Shown one piece after another: positions 62,622-64,000 of a stretch of 64,000 bases of DNA. Under the pieces are notes generated by a model. It ran no database searches. It had not been told where the DNA came from and saw only the letters and a list, made by a program, of their open reading frames with translations. A program made the position numbers and the translations under genes. The stretch is from a virus, in the IMG/VR virus record IMGVR_UViG_3300042520_003271, positions 1 to 64,000 of that record; one strand, 5' to 3'. Position 1 is the stretch's first letter, and each line of letters starts with the position of its first letter.

Positions 62622-63302
62622 CTATGAAGATAATACAGTTTCTAATCCATTTTTCTTACCTTTTGGGGCTTTGATTTTCTCGAAAGATTGGATAATGTTA
62701 GGGTATCTAATGTTAGAAGTGTAGACTTCCTGTGTATTAAGAAACATGCTGGCAGAATTTATAAGGTCGTCGGGCGTTGCCATCTTTATGTCTACATGTT
62801 GCTCTTTTAACCGACCAAGAAAGCTATCAATAACTCTAGTCTCAGTAGGGTTCAATATAGCGATCCGGTCTCTAAGTCTTCTCAGAAAAAGCTCTAGACC
62901 TAATTCACCATTTTTTTGGCGGTGTGCTTCAAAATTATCTCTAAGATTAGGTAAAACTACTCTGTCGATTGTTTCTAAATTAAGTAATTCAACGTCATAG
63001 ATTTTTAATAATCCGCCAATCAGATCATTTTTAAATAGATGAGTGACAAATTCTGATAAAAGAATGGCAAGGTCCTTTATTACTATCGATTCACGTCCTT
63101 GCAGGAAAAAATTAACAAAAAGCTTTAGATTTAAAATACCATGAGCCCATAAGGTGTTTTTAAATAACCAATCATCGATATTCTGGATCGCAAGCCTAGC
63201 TCCTGATTGATCATGTACTGTAAAATTATCCATGTCAATGATATATATAGTCTCTTTTATTAGAATAGCTACTAAACTACCATCGACATGGATTATATTC
63301 AT
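62622..63302 (-). CDS. Hypothetical protein
   Basis: Probable start MNIIHV overlapping the upstream stop (TAATG). Confidence 0.6.
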   Translation of the reverse strand: MNIIHVDGSLVAILIKETIYIIDMDNFTVHDQSGARLAIQNIDDWLFKNTLWAHGILNLKLFVNFFLQGRESIVIKDLAILLSEFVTHLFKNDLIGGLLKIYDVELLNLETIDRVVLPNLRDNFEAHRQKNGELGLELFLRRLRDRIAILNPTETRVIDSFLGRLKEQHVDIKMATPDDLINSASMFLNTQEVYTSNIRYPNIIQSFEKIKAPKGKKNGLETVLSS

Positions 63303-64000
63303 TATTCGAACATCTCTGCTGCTGTCAAGCACCCAGCTGCAACTGTAAAGAGTGGTTTTTCAGCCACAGATACTTTATTTAAAACAAAAGGCAATTCATT
63401 ATTATTAAATATTAAAGCTACGCGCTCAGCAAAGCCTTTCGGACTGCTAGTACCGCCAGCCATATAGACATTAATGCCATTTTCGATTCTTGCCTGCGCC
63501 TCATTTTCCTTAAAACCGGCGACGATACCAGACACCACTTGATTAATAAGCACATCGTAGTGCAGCGATATATCTAACTGAAGCCTGTCGGCATACTGTA
63601 TGCCGGGGGTAAGATCAATGTCCATTTTCACTTTAGATACTGTTGTGGGAGTTTCTTTACTGCTCTTCTTCATGCTCTTCATGGCATGTGCATCATAACC
63701 ATGCCTTATCGCTACATTCTCGTCTATCCAGTCTCCGGCCCCAACCCAGCAGAAGCTATAAACTTCTAAACCATACTTTACATATGTCACGGTAACTGTA
63801 CCAGCCCCCCAACTGATGCCGATACCAGAGCCATCTGGACTCTGGTTTAGAACTATGGCATGGCTTTCTTTTATTTTTTGAAGCTTTATAGCACTCTGAG
63901 AATTATAGCTTTTAAGTATAATATCGATAACTCTCTCATGATATTCGATATTATTTGTTTTATTTAAAGCTGGAGCTGTTGTACAATAACACAATGTTAG
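63302..64000 (-). CDS. Actin-superfamily ATPase (MreB/ParM/MamK-like), 3' part only
   Basis: Connect-1-like IKESHAIV, phosphate-2-like GISWGAGTV, AGDWID, adenosine motif YMAGGTS, connect-2 PLFTVAAG; open to the right edge. Confidence 0.75.
   Translation of the reverse strand, partial: LTLCYCTTAPALNKTNNIEYHERVIDIILKSYNSQSAIKLQKIKESHAIVLNQSPDGSGIGISWGAGTVTVTYVKYGLEVYSFCWVGAGDWIDENVAIRHGYDAHAMKSMKKSSKETPTTVSKVKMDIDLTPGIQYADRLQLDISLHYDVLINQVVSGIVAGFKENEAQARIENGINVYMAGGTSSPKGFAERVALIFNNNELPFVLNKVSVAEKPLFTVAAGCLTAAEMFE

Overview
This window looks like a 64 kb, AT-rich, gene-dense segment of a large (jumbo, T4-superfamily-like) tailed bacteriophage genome. It is read mostly on the minus strand with the standard genetic code. 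(1) Bases 1-32.3 kb hold 13 putative fibre/adhesin-region genes, including a 3929-aa giant. They are built from a small kit of beta-propeller modules (RCC1, Asp-box, lactonase-like, FG-GAP, a ~44-aa Kelch-like repeat) and a Nal1-like serine protease. The modules are joined by Pro-Thr linkers encoded by microsatellites and carried on two families of N-terminal anchor domains. (2) Bases 32.3-35.1 kb hold a T4 gp13-like neck gene and small genes. (3) Bases 35.2-42.3 kb and 54.6-56.2 kb hold a glycan toolkit: gmd, four glycosyltransferase genes, a sulfotransferase, kdsB and a flavoprotein. (4) Bases 42.3-64 kb hold replication/recombination genes: resolvase, gp32-like SSB, UvsY-like, a minimal divergent PolA, GroES, gp41/DnaB helicase, RecA, an intein-free split DnaE and a partial actin-like ATPase. 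The best candidates for novelty are the Cys-bracketed, PT-linked modular fibre system (possibly glycosylated by the phage's own enzymes) and the split DnaE whose halves share a duplicated palm segment. All calls are by-eye motif recognition with no database searches. No tRNA, rRNA, CRISPR array or transposase was recognised.
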